DNA of 64,000 bases from an uncultured delta proteobacterium (GTDB lineage: Bacteria > Myxococcota_A > Polyangia > Polyangiales > Polyangiaceae): contig CAWDXG010000001.1 of the NCBI GenBank assembly GCA_963806225.1, forward strand, positions 1,504,001-1,568,000, read 5' to 3'. The notes under the pieces are model-generated. The model worked only from the letters and a program-made list of their open reading frames with translations. It had not been told where the DNA came from and searched no databases. Of this stretch, positions 1 to 11,178 are shown in pieces (position 1 is the first letter of the stretch; each line of letters starts with the position of its first letter). A program made the position numbers and the translations under genes.

Positions 1-643
1 CCGCCTCGTCGTGGACGCGCTCGACCTCTGCTACACGAAGGCGCACGTCGACATGTTCGTGATCGTGTCGGGCGACAGCGATTTCTCACCGCTTGTCAGC
101 AAGCTGCGCGAAAACGACAAGACGGTGATCGGGCTGGGCGTGAAGAACTCGAGCAGCGACCTCCTGATCGAGAACTGCGACGAGTTCATCTACTACGACG
201 ATCTCGTGCGCAACAAGCAGGGCGGTCGCAAGGGCGGCGCTCGTCGCGGCGCGCGTGCTGCGGACAAGGACAAGGACAAGGACAAGGACAAGGACAAGGA
301 CAAGGCGACCAAGGGCGCCGCCCGTCCCGCGAAGAGCACCCGCAAAGGCAAGGACAAGGAGCCCGACGACGACGCCACAGACGAGGAGGCGCGCAAGCTC
401 GAGGGGCTGGATCTGGTGCTCGACACGGTCGACGCGCTGTTCCGCGAGCGCGACGACAATCTGTGGGGCTCGATGGTCAAGCAGACCCTCAAGCGCAAGA
501 AGCCGACGTTCTCGGAAACCTTCCACGGCTACCGCACCTTCAACGAGCTTCTGGAGGACGCGCAGCGCCGCGGCCTGCTCGAGCTGCAGAAGGACGATAA
601 GTCCGGCGGCTACATCATCCTGGCGTTCGGTCCCAAGGCGTAG
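1..643 (+). CDS. NYN domain (LabA/DUF88, PIN-like) protein with C-terminal OST-HTH/LOTUS domain; 5' end outside window
   Basis: Motifs IVSGDSDFSPLV..LRE..K.VIG.G and L...CDEFIYYD; C-terminal TFSE.FHGYRTFNELL; DK-repeat linker; frame is open to the window edge. Confidence 0.85.
   Translation, partial: RLVVDALDLCYTKAHVDMFVIVSGDSDFSPLVSKLRENDKTVIGLGVKNSSSDLLIENCDEFIYYDDLVRNKQGGRKGGARRGARAADKDKDKDKDKDKDKATKGAARPAKSTRKGKDKEPDDDATDEEARKLEGLDLVLDTVDALFRERDDNLWGSMVKQTLKRKKPTFSETFHGYRTFNELLEDAQRRGLLELQKDDKSGGYIILAFGPKA
264..305 (+). repeat. (GACAAG)x7 coding microsatellite (DK repeat)
   Basis: Read directly, in frame within the NYN protein linker. Confidence 0.9.
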
Positions 644-681
644 TCGGTTCTACCCGCCCACCCGCTCCCGCCGTAGTGCAC

Positions 682-707
682 CTCGAGGGGGCTCACCGCC
701 CCTCGAG
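682..707. terminator. Hairpin between convergent genes
   Basis: ctcgagggg...cccctcgag inverted repeat between the NYN stop (643) and the esterase stop (724); no clear U-tract. Confidence 0.4.
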
Positions 708-723
708 CACCGCTCGCCGTTCC

Positions 724-1639
724 TCACGGTTTCGGGTGTGAAAGCACGAAGTCGATGACGTCGTCGCGCCAGGTGTCGTTGATGGCGGGGATGTGGCCTT
801 CGCCCTGCATTGTCCAGAGCTCGGTGGTCGTGCCGTTCTTGCAGCCGTCGTAGCTCTCGACGGTCGTTTCCGCGCCGGGCTGGGCGTCGGTCAGGTCCAG
901 CGGCGCGCCGCTCTTGGGGGTGGCGGAGCACCCGTCGAGCTTCGCCCAGTCGGCGACGCTCGTCTTCGCGCCGGGGTAGCTTGCGCCGGCGTCGGCGTCG
1001 CTGATGACGCCGCCGTCGTAGAGCACGGTCTGGTCGTCGCTGCCGTGGATCTGCAGGATGCTGACCGGCTCGCTGGGCTTGCACTTCGACACGTCGCTGT
1101 ACATCGCGCCGGCCAGGCTGACGGCGGCGGCGATGGTGTCGGCATGATCGCAGGCCATGCGGTAGGCCATGAACGCGCCGTTGGAGTGCCCGACCACGAA
1201 CACGCGCTTGGGGTCGATGTTGTAGATCGACTTGGCCTGGTCGATCAGGCTCTCGATGTAGGCGGAGTCGTCGACGCCGGTGTTTCCGAAGTCGCAGCAG
1301 GCGTCGGTGGCGTTCCAGAAGCGCTTGCCGCTCGAGTCCACGGTCCCGTCGGGGTACATGTAGATGAACCCCAACTTGTCGGCGCGCGCCTTGAACTGGA
1401 ACAGCAGCTCCTGCGCGAGGCCGCTCGCACCGTAGCCGTGCAGGAGGACCACTAGCGGGGTTGGCTTGGAAGGGTCGTAGCTGGCCGGCACGTAGGGCTT
1501 GACCGGCCGGTCGCCTCCGAGCGGCCCGGCGTCGGGAACGGTGGTCTGGTGCTGGCCCGTCGTCCGGCCCCTTCGACGAGCAGGCGGCCGGAAGCAGGCA
1601 CAGGGCGACACAGAGTGCGAGGCGACGCATGTCCGGCAT
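724..1639 (-). CDS. Secreted PHB-depolymerase/LpqC-type alpha/beta hydrolase lipoprotein, one apparent frameshift near 1570
   Basis: LLHGYG oxyanion motif, GHSNG nucleophile, IHGSDD and GEGH in ORF 724..2304; lipoprotein signal MRRLALCVALCLLPAAC is in the neighbouring frame (ORF 650..1639). Confidence 0.8.
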
Positions 1640-1669
1640 CTTGCCACCGTCGCCGCTCCGGGCGCCAGC

Positions 1670-2304
1670 TCAGGCGCGCGCGCGGGCAGGACGGCGAGGC
1701 GACTTCTCCCTTGGCGCCGGTGCCGTGCGGATCCCGAGGAAATCGCAGGAACTCCCGCGAGGTCTGCGCGGCTTTGCCCTGACGCCGCCGCCGCCGCTGC
1801 AGCCGGTTCCACTCGGCCACTTTCTGCTGGTAGTCGTCGGTGGCCGCGTCGTACCGCTCGTGCAGTTGTCGCATCGCGTCCACGTCGTTCTGTCCGTCGA
1901 GCTCGTACGGACACTCGGTGGCCTCGATCAGCTTCAGACGCCGGAGCGTTCCGTCGCGCTTGAATGTGGGGTCGAAGGGGAACGCGCGGCAGCCGAGCGG
2001 ACGGATCGAGTAGATGGTGCAGCGGTCGTCGGAGCCCAGATAGCGGCAGCCGCCGCGCCCCTGGCGCATCGTCATGATGCGCTTGCCCTGCCTGAGCATG
2101 ACGAAGGCCTCCGGCTCGTCGTCCATGTCGATGGCGTTCCTGTCCACCCAGCGGATGATGTCCGTTGCGGCGTGCGCCCGTGCCCTTCATGATGCGTTTC
2201 ACATCGGCGTCGGTCAGCGGGAGGATCGGGTCCTTGCAGCAGTTGCCACACTGCGTGCAGCGGAACTTGAGGCAGCGAAAGTCCGGTAGGCACGGGGCGC
2301 TCAT
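1670..2304 (-). CDS. YkgJ-family cysteine-cluster (Zn/Fe-chelating) protein, apparent frameshifts near 2175 and 1745
   Basis: N-terminal [10 protein letters not shown] (ORF 724..2304) and GCRYL...[16 protein letters not shown] (ORF 1452..2147) lie in different frames. Confidence 0.8.
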
Positions 2305-2413
2305 AACAGATCAACCGGCGGCCGCCCAGCCCGGAAACGCGCCTGAAACCAGCCACTCCAGAGCCCCATGGACGGCCTGCGCAGCGGCGCAGGATGTGCG
2401 ACACTATCCGCGG

Positions 2414-3523
2414 ATGTCGCTCAAGATCGACCAGGACCATTCGAGGTTCCGCAACATTGTCCGCGGCAAGATCCGGCAGAACCTCCGCCGCTACATCTCG
2501 CAGGGCGAGATGCTCGGTCGCAAGGGAAAGGACGTTGTCTCGATCCCGATCCCGCAGATCGACATTCCCCGCTTCACCTTCGGCGAGAAGCAGAGCGGCG
2601 GCGTCGGCCAGGGCGATGGCGAGGTCGGCGATCCGATCGGCGGCGAAGAGGGAGATCAGGAAGGCGCCGGACAGGCGGGGGAGGACGCCGGCGAGCACGT
2701 GCTCGAAGTCGACGTTACGCTCGACGAGCTGGCCGATATCCTCGGCGAAGAGCTGGAGCTGCCCGACATCGAGAACAAGGGCAAGAGCCGCATCATCAGC
2801 GCCAAGGACCGCTATACCGGCATCCGCCGCGTGGGGCCGGAGTCGCTCCAGCATTTCAAGCGGACCTACAAGGAAGCGCTGCGCCGCGCCATCGCCAGCG
2901 GCGTCTACGATCCGGGGCGCCCTCTGGTCGTGCCCCAGCACGAGGACAAGCGCTTCCGTTCGTGGAAGGAGGACCTCGAGCCGGTCGCCAACGCCGTCAT
3001 CATCTACATGATGGACGTGTCGGGCTCCATGGGCGACGAGCAGAAGGAGATCGTGCGTATCGAGAGCTTCTGGATCGATACCTGGCTGAGCCGCCAGTAC
3101 AAGGGGCTGGAGAGCCGCTACATCATCCACGACGCTGTTGCCCGCGAAGTGGACCGGGAGACGTTCTTCCGCACGCGCGAATCGGGCGGGACGATGATCT
3201 CCAGCGCCTACAAGCTGGCGGCCGACCTCGTCGACCAGCACTATCCGGCCGGCGAGTGGAACATCTACCCGTTCCACTTCTCGGATGGGGACAACTGGTC
3301 GATGGACGACACGCTCTCGTGCATCGAGATCCTCAAGCAGCAGATCCTGCCGGCGGTGAACATGTTTGCCTATGGCCAGGTCGAGAGCCCCTACGGCTCC
3401 GGGCAGTTCATCAAGGATCTGCGTGAGCACTTCGGGCAGGACGACCGCGTCATTACCAGCGAGATCCGCGATCGCGACGCCATCGTGAACAGCATCAAGG
3501 ATTTCCTCGGCAAGGGTAAGTAA
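2414..3523 (+). CDS. yeaH: YeaH/YhbH family (DUF444) vWA-like protein
   Basis: DHSRFR.IVRG.I..NL..YI start, [26 protein letters not shown]; coupled to SpoVR by a TAATG overlap. Confidence 0.92.
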   Translation: MSLKIDQDHSRFRNIVRGKIRQNLRRYISQGEMLGRKGKDVVSIPIPQIDIPRFTFGEKQSGGVGQGDGEVGDPIGGEEGDQEGAGQAGEDAGEHVLEVDVTLDELADILGEELELPDIENKGKSRIISAKDRYTGIRRVGPESLQHFKRTYKEALRRAIASGVYDPGRPLVVPQHEDKRFRSWKEDLEPVANAVIIYMMDVSGSMGDEQKEIVRIESFWIDTWLSRQYKGLESRYIIHDAVAREVDRETFFRTRESGGTMISSAYKLAADLVDQHYPAGEWNIYPFHFSDGDNWSMDDTLSCIEILKQQILPAVNMFAYGQVESPYGSGQFIKDLREHFGQDDRVITSEIRDRDAIVNSIKDFLGKGK

Positions 3524-5073
3524 TGGCATTCGCGCCGCGCATGGGCCTCCCGAGATACCTGCGGGTCGAGCAGGACAAGGTCGAGAAGATCGCCCGCGAG
3601 TACGGGCTGGACTTCTTTCCGACCATCTTCGAGATGCTGGCCTACGATCAGATGAACGAGATCGCGGCCTACGGCGGCTTTCCGAACCGCTATCCGCACT
3701 GGCGCTACGGCATGGAGTACGAGCGCCTCAGCAAGAGCTACGAGTACGGCCTCTCGAAGATCTACGAGATGGTCATCAACAACAACCCCTCCTACGCCTA
3801 CCTGCTGGAGGGCAACAGCCTGACGGATCAGAAGCTTGTGATGTGCCACGTGTACGGACACGTGGACTTCTTCAAGAACAACTTCACGTTCAAGGTGACG
3901 GATCTGGACGCGTCGGGTCACGTCGTCGACCCGATGCGGCAACGCGAGGGCGCCTACGAGCCCAACCGCAAGTGGATCGACAAGATGGCGAACCACGGCG
4001 CAGCCGTGCGCCGCATTGTCGATCGCCACGGCATTGCGAAGGTCGAGGAGTTCATCGATGTGTGCCTTTCGGTAGAAAACCTCATCGATCCGTGGTCGCG
4101 CTTCGTTCGCCGCAGCCGCGACGTCGAGGTCGAAGAGGAGCCGAGCGCCATCGAGGTCCCGCGCATGCGCGCGAAGGACTACATGGACGACTACATCAAC
4201 CCCGAGGAGTACCTCGAGGAGCAGAAGAAGAAGATCGAGGCGGAGCGCGAGCAGGCCAAGCGCTTCCCGGCGCAGGCCGAGCAGGACGTGTTGCGCTTCC
4301 TGCTCGACCACGGGCCGCTTGAACGCTGGGAGCGTGCGATTCTCGCCATCGTGCGCGAGGAGGCCTACTACTTCGTTCCGCAGATGCAGACGAAGGTGAT
4401 GAACGAGGGCTGGGCCTCGTACTGGCACTCCAAGCTCATGACCGAGCGGGTTGCCGACTGGAGCGAAATCGTCGACTACGCCGAGAACAACGCGGGCGTG
4501 ATGTCCACGGCCGGCGGGCGGCTGAACCCCTACAAGCTGGGCGTCGAGCTCTACCGGAGCATCGAGGAGCGCTGGAACAAGGGCCAGTTCGGTCGCGAGT
4601 GGGAAGAGTGCAACGACCTCGACGAGAAGCGGAACTGGGACCTCAGGCTGGGGCTCGGACGCGAGAAGATCTTCGAGGTGCGCGCGCTGTACAACGACGT
4701 GACCTTCATCGACGAGTTCTTGACGCCGGAGTTCGCGCTAGAGCACGGCTTTTTCACCTACGGCTGGTCGAATCGCAACGAGCGCTACGAGATCATGTCG
4801 CGCGAGTTTGCGCAGATCAAAGAGAAGCTGCTCTTCCAGCTGACCAACTTCGGCAACCCGTTCATCTACGTCGAGGACGGCAACCACGACAACCGCGGCG
4901 AGCTCCTGCTCAAGCACGATCACCGCGGAGTGGATCTGCGCGGCGACTATGCGCGCGAGACGCTGAAGGCGCTGGTGCGGTTGTGGAAGCGGCCGGTGTG
5001 CATCAGCACGCTTTTCGAAGGGAAGAAGGTGCTCCTGCGCTTCGACGGCAAGGAGCACACGGTGGAGCAGTGA
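3523..5073 (+). CDS. spoVR: SpoVR/YcgB family protein
   Basis: [55 protein letters not shown]. Confidence 0.93.
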   Translation: MAFAPRMGLPRYLRVEQDKVEKIAREYGLDFFPTIFEMLAYDQMNEIAAYGGFPNRYPHWRYGMEYERLSKSYEYGLSKIYEMVINNNPSYAYLLEGNSLTDQKLVMCHVYGHVDFFKNNFTFKVTDLDASGHVVDPMRQREGAYEPNRKWIDKMANHGAAVRRIVDRHGIAKVEEFIDVCLSVENLIDPWSRFVRRSRDVEVEEEPSAIEVPRMRAKDYMDDYINPEEYLEEQKKKIEAEREQAKRFPAQAEQDVLRFLLDHGPLERWERAILAIVREEAYYFVPQMQTKVMNEGWASYWHSKLMTERVADWSEIVDYAENNAGVMSTAGGRLNPYKLGVELYRSIEERWNKGQFGREWEECNDLDEKRNWDLRLGLGREKIFEVRALYNDVTFIDEFLTPEFALEHGFFTYGWSNRNERYEIMSREFAQIKEKLLFQLTNFGNPFIYVEDGNHDNRGELLLKHDHRGVDLRGDYARETLKALVRLWKRPVCISTLFEGKKVLLRFDGKEHTVEQ

Positions 5074-6335
5074 CGCGGAGCCGCCGCGGCTCCGTTGCGG
5101 CGCTCTGTGCGCTGCTCTTGTCGGGGTGTACGGGGCAGGGCGGAGCTCTGGCGCCGCCGCGGGCTATGGCGCCCGCGCCCGCGCCGGCGCCGTATCCGGT
5201 TGCCGCGACCTCGACCGGCAGATCGACGGCGCCGCCCGTCTGCGCGCCAGGCGGAACGCCGGGGCCGGATGGCGGCTGCGCACCTCCCATCGTCTCGACG
5301 GACGCGGGGACGCCGGCCCCATCGGCGCCCAGCCAGCCCAAGCCGAAGCCGGGCAGCGTGTCCGGCGGGCTCGCGCGCGGCACCGGCACCGCGGAGGACC
5401 GCGAGCTACTCGCCGGCGACAAGGCGTTCAATCTGGACGACCTCAAGGCCGCGCGGGCGCACTACGAAAGGGCCCGCGCGCTATCGCCGAAAGATCCCGC
5501 GGCGCTCATCGGGCTGTCGCGCGTTGCGCTGGAGGCGTCGGGCGTCGCGACCGACTACGCCGCGGCACCGAAGGACCGGCGCATCGAAGCGATCCTGCGC
5601 CGGCTCGACGCCGCGTTGCGCCTCGACAAGGACTACGGTCCGGCACACGTGCAGCGCGGGCGCGTGCTCTTGATCCTGGGGCGCGCGCCGGATGCGCTCG
5701 CGTCGCTGCAGCGCGGCGTGGAGCTGATGCCGCGCGATGCCGAGGCGCACTCGGCGCTCGCAGTGGGGCTGCTCGCAACGGGGAAGGCGAAGCAGGCGCT
5801 GGAGCACTTCCACACGGCCTCCCAGCTCGATCCGGACAATCCTGACCGGCTCACGAACCTCGGCACCGCGTACATGATGCGCGGGCGCGTCGCGGACGCG
5901 ATCGGCGCCTACAAGCGCGCGGTGGCGCTGGCGCCCGCCGACGCACGAGCGCACGGCGACCTCGGCACGGCGTACATCGCCGACGGCCGCGCGGACCACG
6001 CCTTGCCTGAATTGAAACGCGCCGTGCAGCTCGAGCCAGACCGCGCTACGTTCCTGTCGAACCTCGGCTACGCCTACCAGCAGCTTGGCAAGCTCGACCT
6101 GGCCGTTGCCACGGTGAAGAAGGCGCTCTCCAAGGACAGGAAGCTCGGCTCTGCCTGGATCAACCTCGGCACCGCGCTCGCGCGCCAGAAGAAGTACGAC
6201 GAAGCCGAGCGCGCGTTCAAGAAGGCCCTTGCCCTCGACCCGAGCGACCCCCGCGCCAAGGCGAACCTGGCGGACTTGGCGGAGCTCAGGAAGAAGAACG
6301 GTGGCGCTGCGGGGAAGCGCCCTTCCTCGAAGTAG
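5070..6335 (+). CDS. Tetratricopeptide-repeat lipoprotein
   Basis: GTG overlapping the SpoVR stop; LLSGC lipobox; Pro-rich linker; several TPR units (NLGTAY..., NLGYAY...). Confidence 0.85.
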   Translation: MTRSRRGSVAALCALLLSGCTGQGGALAPPRAMAPAPAPAPYPVAATSTGRSTAPPVCAPGGTPGPDGGCAPPIVSTDAGTPAPSAPSQPKPKPGSVSGGLARGTGTAEDRELLAGDKAFNLDDLKAARAHYERARALSPKDPAALIGLSRVALEASGVATDYAAAPKDRRIEAILRRLDAALRLDKDYGPAHVQRGRVLLILGRAPDALASLQRGVELMPRDAEAHSALAVGLLATGKAKQALEHFHTASQLDPDNPDRLTNLGTAYMMRGRVADAIGAYKRAVALAPADARAHGDLGTAYIADGRADHALPELKRAVQLEPDRATFLSNLGYAYQQLGKLDLAVATVKKALSKDRKLGSAWINLGTALARQKKYDEAERAFKKALALDPSDPRAKANLADLAELRKKNGGAAGKRPSSK

Positions 6336-6385
6336 CCTCTGCTGTTGCGCCGCGCGCAGTGCTGGCTCATTCTGCCAGCGGGACG

Positions 6386-7483
6386 ATGAAACGCCGCGAT
6401 TCGATTGCCACAACGGTGTTGCTGGGCGTCGCGCTCCTGGCTTCCGCATGCAGCAGCTCCGACTTCTCGGCAGCAGGCGCAGCAGGTGCAGCAGGCAGCG
6501 GCGGCGCGGCCGGGGGGGCCGCAGGCGCCGGAGGCAGCGACGCCGGGGTCTCCTGCCCGGCCTGTGGCGATGGCGAGTACTGCCAGGTTGCCACGGGGAA
6601 ATGTGTCGGCTGTGGCGACCTGTCGGAGCTGTCCTTCGGTCCACCGGAGGCGCTGACCGCGATAAACCAGAACCCGGCAGGCGGGCTGCGGTTTCCGCGC
6701 GTAGCCGGTCCGAACGGCGATGCGCTGGTGTACGTGGCGGACAACAACACGATGACACCGCCCGGGCACCAGATCTGGTTCGCGGCGAACCCCGACAGCG
6801 ATCGGGGTGCCAGGGTCAGCGATTCGGCCGTTTCTGCGAGTGGACCGCTGTACGTCAAGTTCGACTTCGTGGCGAGCACGACTTCGCATTTCCTCTACGA
6901 CCGCGTGAAGGCGGATGGACAGTCCACGGGCGAGCGCGATCTGTACGCCACGGAGGTGGGGCCTGGATCCATCCAGCCTTCCGGCGGGCTGCCCGGGCCG
7001 TTCAATGGCACAAGCGGAGCCGACGACTACAGCATTGCCGTGGCGCCGGATGTGCACCGCGCCTGGTGGATGAGCGACCGCGGCGGTGCGGGGCGCCGGC
7101 TTGTCTCGTTCGCCTGGGCTCCAGTGGGCGCCCCGCAGCCCGTCGACCTGAACGTCCGGGTGGATCCTCAGCACACCTGCACGCGCGCGGGCGACGACGC
7201 GACGCCGTGGGTCACGCCGGACGGCAAGCTGATGCTGTTCAGCGCGACGCGACTCGCGGTGGGGTGTCATCCCGCCGACAGCGGCAAGCGCGGCCTGTTC
7301 CGCATCGAGCTGGACCCCACCAGCGGTCGTCCGAGCTTCGGTGCGGTGGGCGAGCCGCTCGCTTCGCTCGTGCACAATGGCGTGGACCAGACCGATCCGA
7401 GCCTGTCGCCCGACCTCTGCACGCTGTACTACGCGGCCGACGACGGCACGGGTTTCAAGCTGTATCGTGCTCCCCGGCGCTGA
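6386..7483 (+). CDS. Lipoprotein with Gly-rich linker and TolB/PD40-like beta-propeller repeats
   Basis: LASAC lipobox; DATPWVTPDGKLMLFS and DPSLSPDLCTLYY repeats. Confidence 0.75.
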   Translation: MKRRDSIATTVLLGVALLASACSSSDFSAAGAAGAAGSGGAAGGAAGAGGSDAGVSCPACGDGEYCQVATGKCVGCGDLSELSFGPPEALTAINQNPAGGLRFPRVAGPNGDALVYVADNNTMTPPGHQIWFAANPDSDRGARVSDSAVSASGPLYVKFDFVASTTSHFLYDRVKADGQSTGERDLYATEVGPGSIQPSGGLPGPFNGTSGADDYSIAVAPDVHRAWWMSDRGGAGRRLVSFAWAPVGAPQPVDLNVRVDPQHTCTRAGDDATPWVTPDGKLMLFSATRLAVGCHPADSGKRGLFRIELDPTSGRPSFGAVGEPLASLVHNGVDQTDPSLSPDLCTLYYAADDGTGFKLYRAPRR

Positions 7484-8825
7484 CAGCCGCAGGCTCGCCG
7501 CACTGGTGTCGGCACTGGTGCTCGGTGCATGCACCCGCTGCGCGCCCCGCGAGCAGCACGTTGCCGGCAAGCGCCCGGTCGCTGCACAGGCGTTCTCTGC
7601 GCCCGCTCTTTCTGCGGAGCTGCCGCGCGATGCGGGAGACGCGCACGCAGCCGCGGATGCGCAGGCGGACGGAGCTGTGGAAGCCGCGCCCGCCCCGCGC
7701 GCGCTGGACCACGACGCCGTGAAAGCCCTGGTCGCCGACGCGCGCGCACGCAACAGCGCCGAATTGGTGATCCTGAAGGACGGCAAACTGGTCGGCGACT
7801 GGAGCTTCTCGAAGAGCCACGCGCCGATCCAGACCATGTCCATCACCAAGTCGGTGCTCGCGCTCGCAATCGGCTGCCTCGTCGATGCCGGGAAGCTCCA
7901 CGTCGACGAGCCGGTCTACGACTTCTTCCCGAGCTGGAAGACGCCGCCCTACGAGGCAGTGACGCTCTACGACTTGCTCACGCACAGCTCGGGGCTCGAA
8001 TGGGCGCGCTCGACACTGCCGATCTACCGGAGCCGGAGCTTCGTCGACATGACGCTCCGTTCGAAGCTCGTCCACAAGCCGGGCACCTGGTACCACTACT
8101 CCAATCGCGGAGCGAACCTTGTCAGCGGCATCGTGGGCAAGGCTAGCGGCATGCGCACGGACCGCTACGTCGACAAGGTGTTGTTCCGGCCGCTCGGCAT
8201 CCATCGCTGGTGGTGGCAGCGCGATCGAGTCGGTCAGCCGCAGGGCATGGCCGGGCTCCACCTCCAGCCTCGCGACCTGGCGAAGATCGGCGAGCTAGTG
8301 CGGCTGGGTGGCAAGTACGATGGACAGCGCGTCGTGAGCTCGAAGTGGATCCATCGCGCGACGGCGGAGCCGGCGAAGGTGCAGCCGACCAGTCGCCGGC
8401 TGGGCCTTCTGTGGTGGCTGGTGCCCGCGTGGACGCGCATCACGGTGACCAAGGACGTGCTGGACGGATGGCGCAAGGCAGGGGTCGACGCGGCGTTCGT
8501 GGATCGAGCGCAGCCTCTTCTGGGCCGGACGTTCACTTCCACCCACGCGTTCCTCGACGCGCTCCGCAAGGCCTACGACGATCCGGAACTCGAAGGCTTC
8601 CGCAGGAACATCTGGAAGCAGGATCTGCCCGACGCGCACTTCGACCTCGGTCCCACGGTCGGCAGCTATTCGGAAGGGACGCTGGGGCAGTTCGTGGTCG
8701 TGCTGCCGCGGGACGGGCTCGTCGCGGTGCGCATGCGTCGCGCGCCGAAGCATGCGGTAGACCGCAACAATCCGCGGCTGGTCTTCGTCGACTTTGTCGA
8801 GCGCGTGCAGAGGCTGGTTCACTAA
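7467..8825 (+). CDS. Serine hydrolase, beta-lactamase class C-like, probable lipoprotein
   Basis: SxxK (SITKS), LLTHSSGL, PG..YHYSN; lipobox LVLGAC; start codon uncertain. Confidence 0.85.
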   Translation: MLPGADSRRLAALVSALVLGACTRCAPREQHVAGKRPVAAQAFSAPALSAELPRDAGDAHAAADAQADGAVEAAPAPRALDHDAVKALVADARARNSAELVILKDGKLVGDWSFSKSHAPIQTMSITKSVLALAIGCLVDAGKLHVDEPVYDFFPSWKTPPYEAVTLYDLLTHSSGLEWARSTLPIYRSRSFVDMTLRSKLVHKPGTWYHYSNRGANLVSGIVGKASGMRTDRYVDKVLFRPLGIHRWWWQRDRVGQPQGMAGLHLQPRDLAKIGELVRLGGKYDGQRVVSSKWIHRATAEPAKVQPTSRRLGLLWWLVPAWTRITVTKDVLDGWRKAGVDAAFVDRAQPLLGRTFTSTHAFLDALRKAYDDPELEGFRRNIWKQDLPDAHFDLGPTVGSYSEGTLGQFVVVLPRDGLVAVRMRRAPKHAVDRNNPRLVFVDFVERVQRLVH

Positions 8826-8892
8826 GCCGCTAGAATCAGCGGCGAAATTGCCTGAGAGCGTTGGGGCTTGACCGGCACGCCGGGCTCGGGCA

Positions 8893-8929
8893 AATACTTC
8901 GCACGCGAAACGTTTCTATGCGGAGTATT
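8893..8929. promoter_or_regulatory. Inverted-repeat operator candidate for the MarR regulator
   Basis: aatacttcgca...tgcggagtatt (1 mismatch) enclosing ttcgc-ac-gcgaa and gaaacgtttc palindromes, directly before the MarR ATG. Confidence 0.6.
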
Positions 8930-8931
8930 GC

Positions 8932-9429
8932 ATGACCAGCAGCGCCTCCTCCGGGGCCGAGCCGTCCCCGCTGGCGCAGTCCGATCTCGACGCGATCGTC
9001 GAGGCGATCGTCTACCTCTACACGGAGTCCCGTCGCATCACGAAGGACCTTGCGGGTCGCTACGGACTGACCGGCCCCCAGCTCGCCGTCGTGAAGATGC
9101 TGGAGCCGGTGGGCAAACTGTCGCTTTCCGAGCTGTCGGAACGCATCCGCGCCCGCAACAGCACCGTAACCGGCATCATCGACCGCATGGAGCGCGAGGC
9201 GCTCGTGCTGCGCAAGCGCTCGAAAGAGGACCGACGTGTGGTCAACATCGAGCTGACCGACAAGGGGCGCGAGCTCGCGGCCGGGATCCCCGTGGAACCC
9301 GTCCAGATATTCCGGCGCGTGTTGGCGGAGCTGCCTCCGCGCGACGCGACCGACTTGAAGCGCATCCTCACCCGGCTCGCACATCGCGTCAGCGAGCTCG
9401 TCGAGGACTCACCCGACATCCCGTCCTGA
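8932..9429 (+). CDS. MarR family transcriptional regulator
   Basis: GLTGPQL.V...L, STVTGIIDRME...LV.R.RS.EDRRVV.I.LTDKG. Confidence 0.92.
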   Translation: MTSSASSGAEPSPLAQSDLDAIVEAIVYLYTESRRITKDLAGRYGLTGPQLAVVKMLEPVGKLSLSELSERIRARNSTVTGIIDRMEREALVLRKRSKEDRRVVNIELTDKGRELAAGIPVEPVQIFRRVLAELPPRDATDLKRILTRLAHRVSELVEDSPDIPS

Positions 9430-9482
9430 GATCAGAGCCCGTGCGACGCCGTCGCGCGGGCAGGAGAAGAAGGGGAAGCATC

Positions 9483-10364
9483 ATGTCCGACCAGAAAGTC
9501 GATCGAGATCCCGATCTGTGCGTCATCACGTGTGCGCTGACGGGCGTGCTCGCCAACCGCAAGCAGTGTCCGGGCATCCCGTACACGCCCGCCGAGCTCG
9601 GGGAAGAGGCGAAGCGCGCCTACGACGCCGGCGCCGCAGCCGTGCACATCCACGCGCGCAACGACGACGGCTCGCCCACGTTCTCGCCGGCGGTGTTTGC
9701 GAAGATCAAGGAGGAGGTGCAGAAGCGCTCCCCCATCATCCTGAACTTCTCGACGGGCACCATCATGGAGGACGTGACCGAGCAGTGCACGTACATCCGC
9801 GAGTCGAAGCCCGAGATCGCTGCCCTGAACATGGGCACGATGAACTACTCCAAGTACAGCAGGAGCCGGAAGCAGTTCGTCTTCGACATGGTGTTCCCGA
9901 ACACCTACGAGAAGATCATCAAGCTGCTCGCGGCCATGAACGAGGCCGGCGTGAAGCCAGAGCTCGAGTGCTTCGACTCCGGTCACACCAACGGCGTGTG
10001 GCCGCTGGTCGACATGGGCGTGCTCAAGCCGCCGCTGCAGTACTCGTTCATCGTCAACGTGCTCGGCGGCATCCCGCCCACGGTGGAGTCGCTGCAGCTG
10101 CAGTCCAAGCTGGCCCAGCCCGGTTCGGAGTGGGAGGTCATCGGCATCTCGCACTGCCACTGGCGCATGCTGGCCACGGCGCTCGTGCTCGGTGGCAACA
10201 TCCGCACTGGGCTCGAGGACCACCTGTATCTGCCCAATGGCGAGATGGCGAAATCCAACGGCGAGATGGTCGAGGTTGCCGAACGGCTGTGCCGCGACAC
10301 CGGGCGCAAGCCGGCCACGGTGGAGCAGGCGCGGCAGATCCTCAACCTCCCGGCGGCGAGCTGA
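9483..10364 (+). CDS. Beta-keto acid cleavage enzyme (BKACE/DUF849, Kce-like)
   Basis: VITCALTG, AGAAAVHIHAR, NFSTG, PELECFD, GGNIRTGLED. Confidence 0.9.
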   Translation: MSDQKVDRDPDLCVITCALTGVLANRKQCPGIPYTPAELGEEAKRAYDAGAAAVHIHARNDDGSPTFSPAVFAKIKEEVQKRSPIILNFSTGTIMEDVTEQCTYIRESKPEIAALNMGTMNYSKYSRSRKQFVFDMVFPNTYEKIIKLLAAMNEAGVKPELECFDSGHTNGVWPLVDMGVLKPPLQYSFIVNVLGGIPPTVESLQLQSKLAQPGSEWEVIGISHCHWRMLATALVLGGNIRTGLEDHLYLPNGEMAKSNGEMVEVAERLCRDTGRKPATVEQARQILNLPAAS

Positions 10365-10367
10365 GCC

Positions 10368-11153
10368 ATGCAAGAGCGCCCGTACCAGACGATCCTCGTC
10401 GCGGAAGACGATGGCGTCGCGACGATCACGCTCAACCGTCCCGAACGCAGGAACGCCATCGGCACGCAGATGACGAACGAGCTGTGCTGGGCACTCTCGG
10501 ATGCGGCCGCGGCCGACAGCGTGCGCAGCATCGTCATCACCGGCGCGGGCAAGGCCTTCTGCGCCGGAGGCGACTTCTCGCAGATGACCGGTGGTGGCAG
10601 CGAGGAGAGCCTGCCCCCGAAGGGCGACTACAAGGATCTGCTTGTCGCGCTGTTCCACACCGTCAAGCCCGTGATCGCCCGCGTGAACGGTCACGCGATG
10701 GGCGGCGGGCTCGGGCTCGTCGCGTCGTGTACGTTCGCGGTGGCCTCGACGGAAGCGAAGCTCGGCACGCCGGAGATCAACGTCGGGCTGTTCCCCTTCA
10801 TGATCATGGCGGTGCTCGAGCGCGTGATGCCGCGGCGGCGTCTGATGGAGATGATGCTGTCGGGCGAGCGGCTGACGGCGGAAGAAGCGGCGCGCGTGGG
10901 CCTCGTCAACAAGGCCGTCGCACCGGAGGAGCTCGATACGGCGGTGAAGGCCTACACCGACATGATCGCGTCGAAGAGCCCGAGCACCCTGCGCCTCGGG
11001 CTCGAAACCATCCGCGACACGCAGGAGCTCCGCTTCGAGGAGAAGCTGCCGCTGTTGAGTGAACGGCTCGGCCAGTGCCTATCGACCGACGACGCCCGCG
11101 AGGGCCTGATGGCGTTCCTCGAGAAGCGAAAGCCGAACTGGACCGGGCGCTAG
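10368..11153 (+). CDS. Enoyl-CoA hydratase/isomerase (crotonase)
   Basis: ITLNRPERRNA, AFCAGGD, VNGHAMGGGLGL, PEINVGL, EG..AFLEKRKP.W.GR. Confidence 0.93.
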   Translation: MQERPYQTILVAEDDGVATITLNRPERRNAIGTQMTNELCWALSDAAAADSVRSIVITGAGKAFCAGGDFSQMTGGGSEESLPPKGDYKDLLVALFHTVKPVIARVNGHAMGGGLGLVASCTFAVASTEAKLGTPEINVGLFPFMIMAVLERVMPRRRLMEMMLSGERLTAEEAARVGLVNKAVAPEELDTAVKAYTDMIASKSPSTLRLGLETIRDTQELRFEEKLPLLSERLGQCLSTDDAREGLMAFLEKRKPNWTGR

Positions 11154-11178
11154 ACCGCGCCAATCCGGGAGGACGAAC

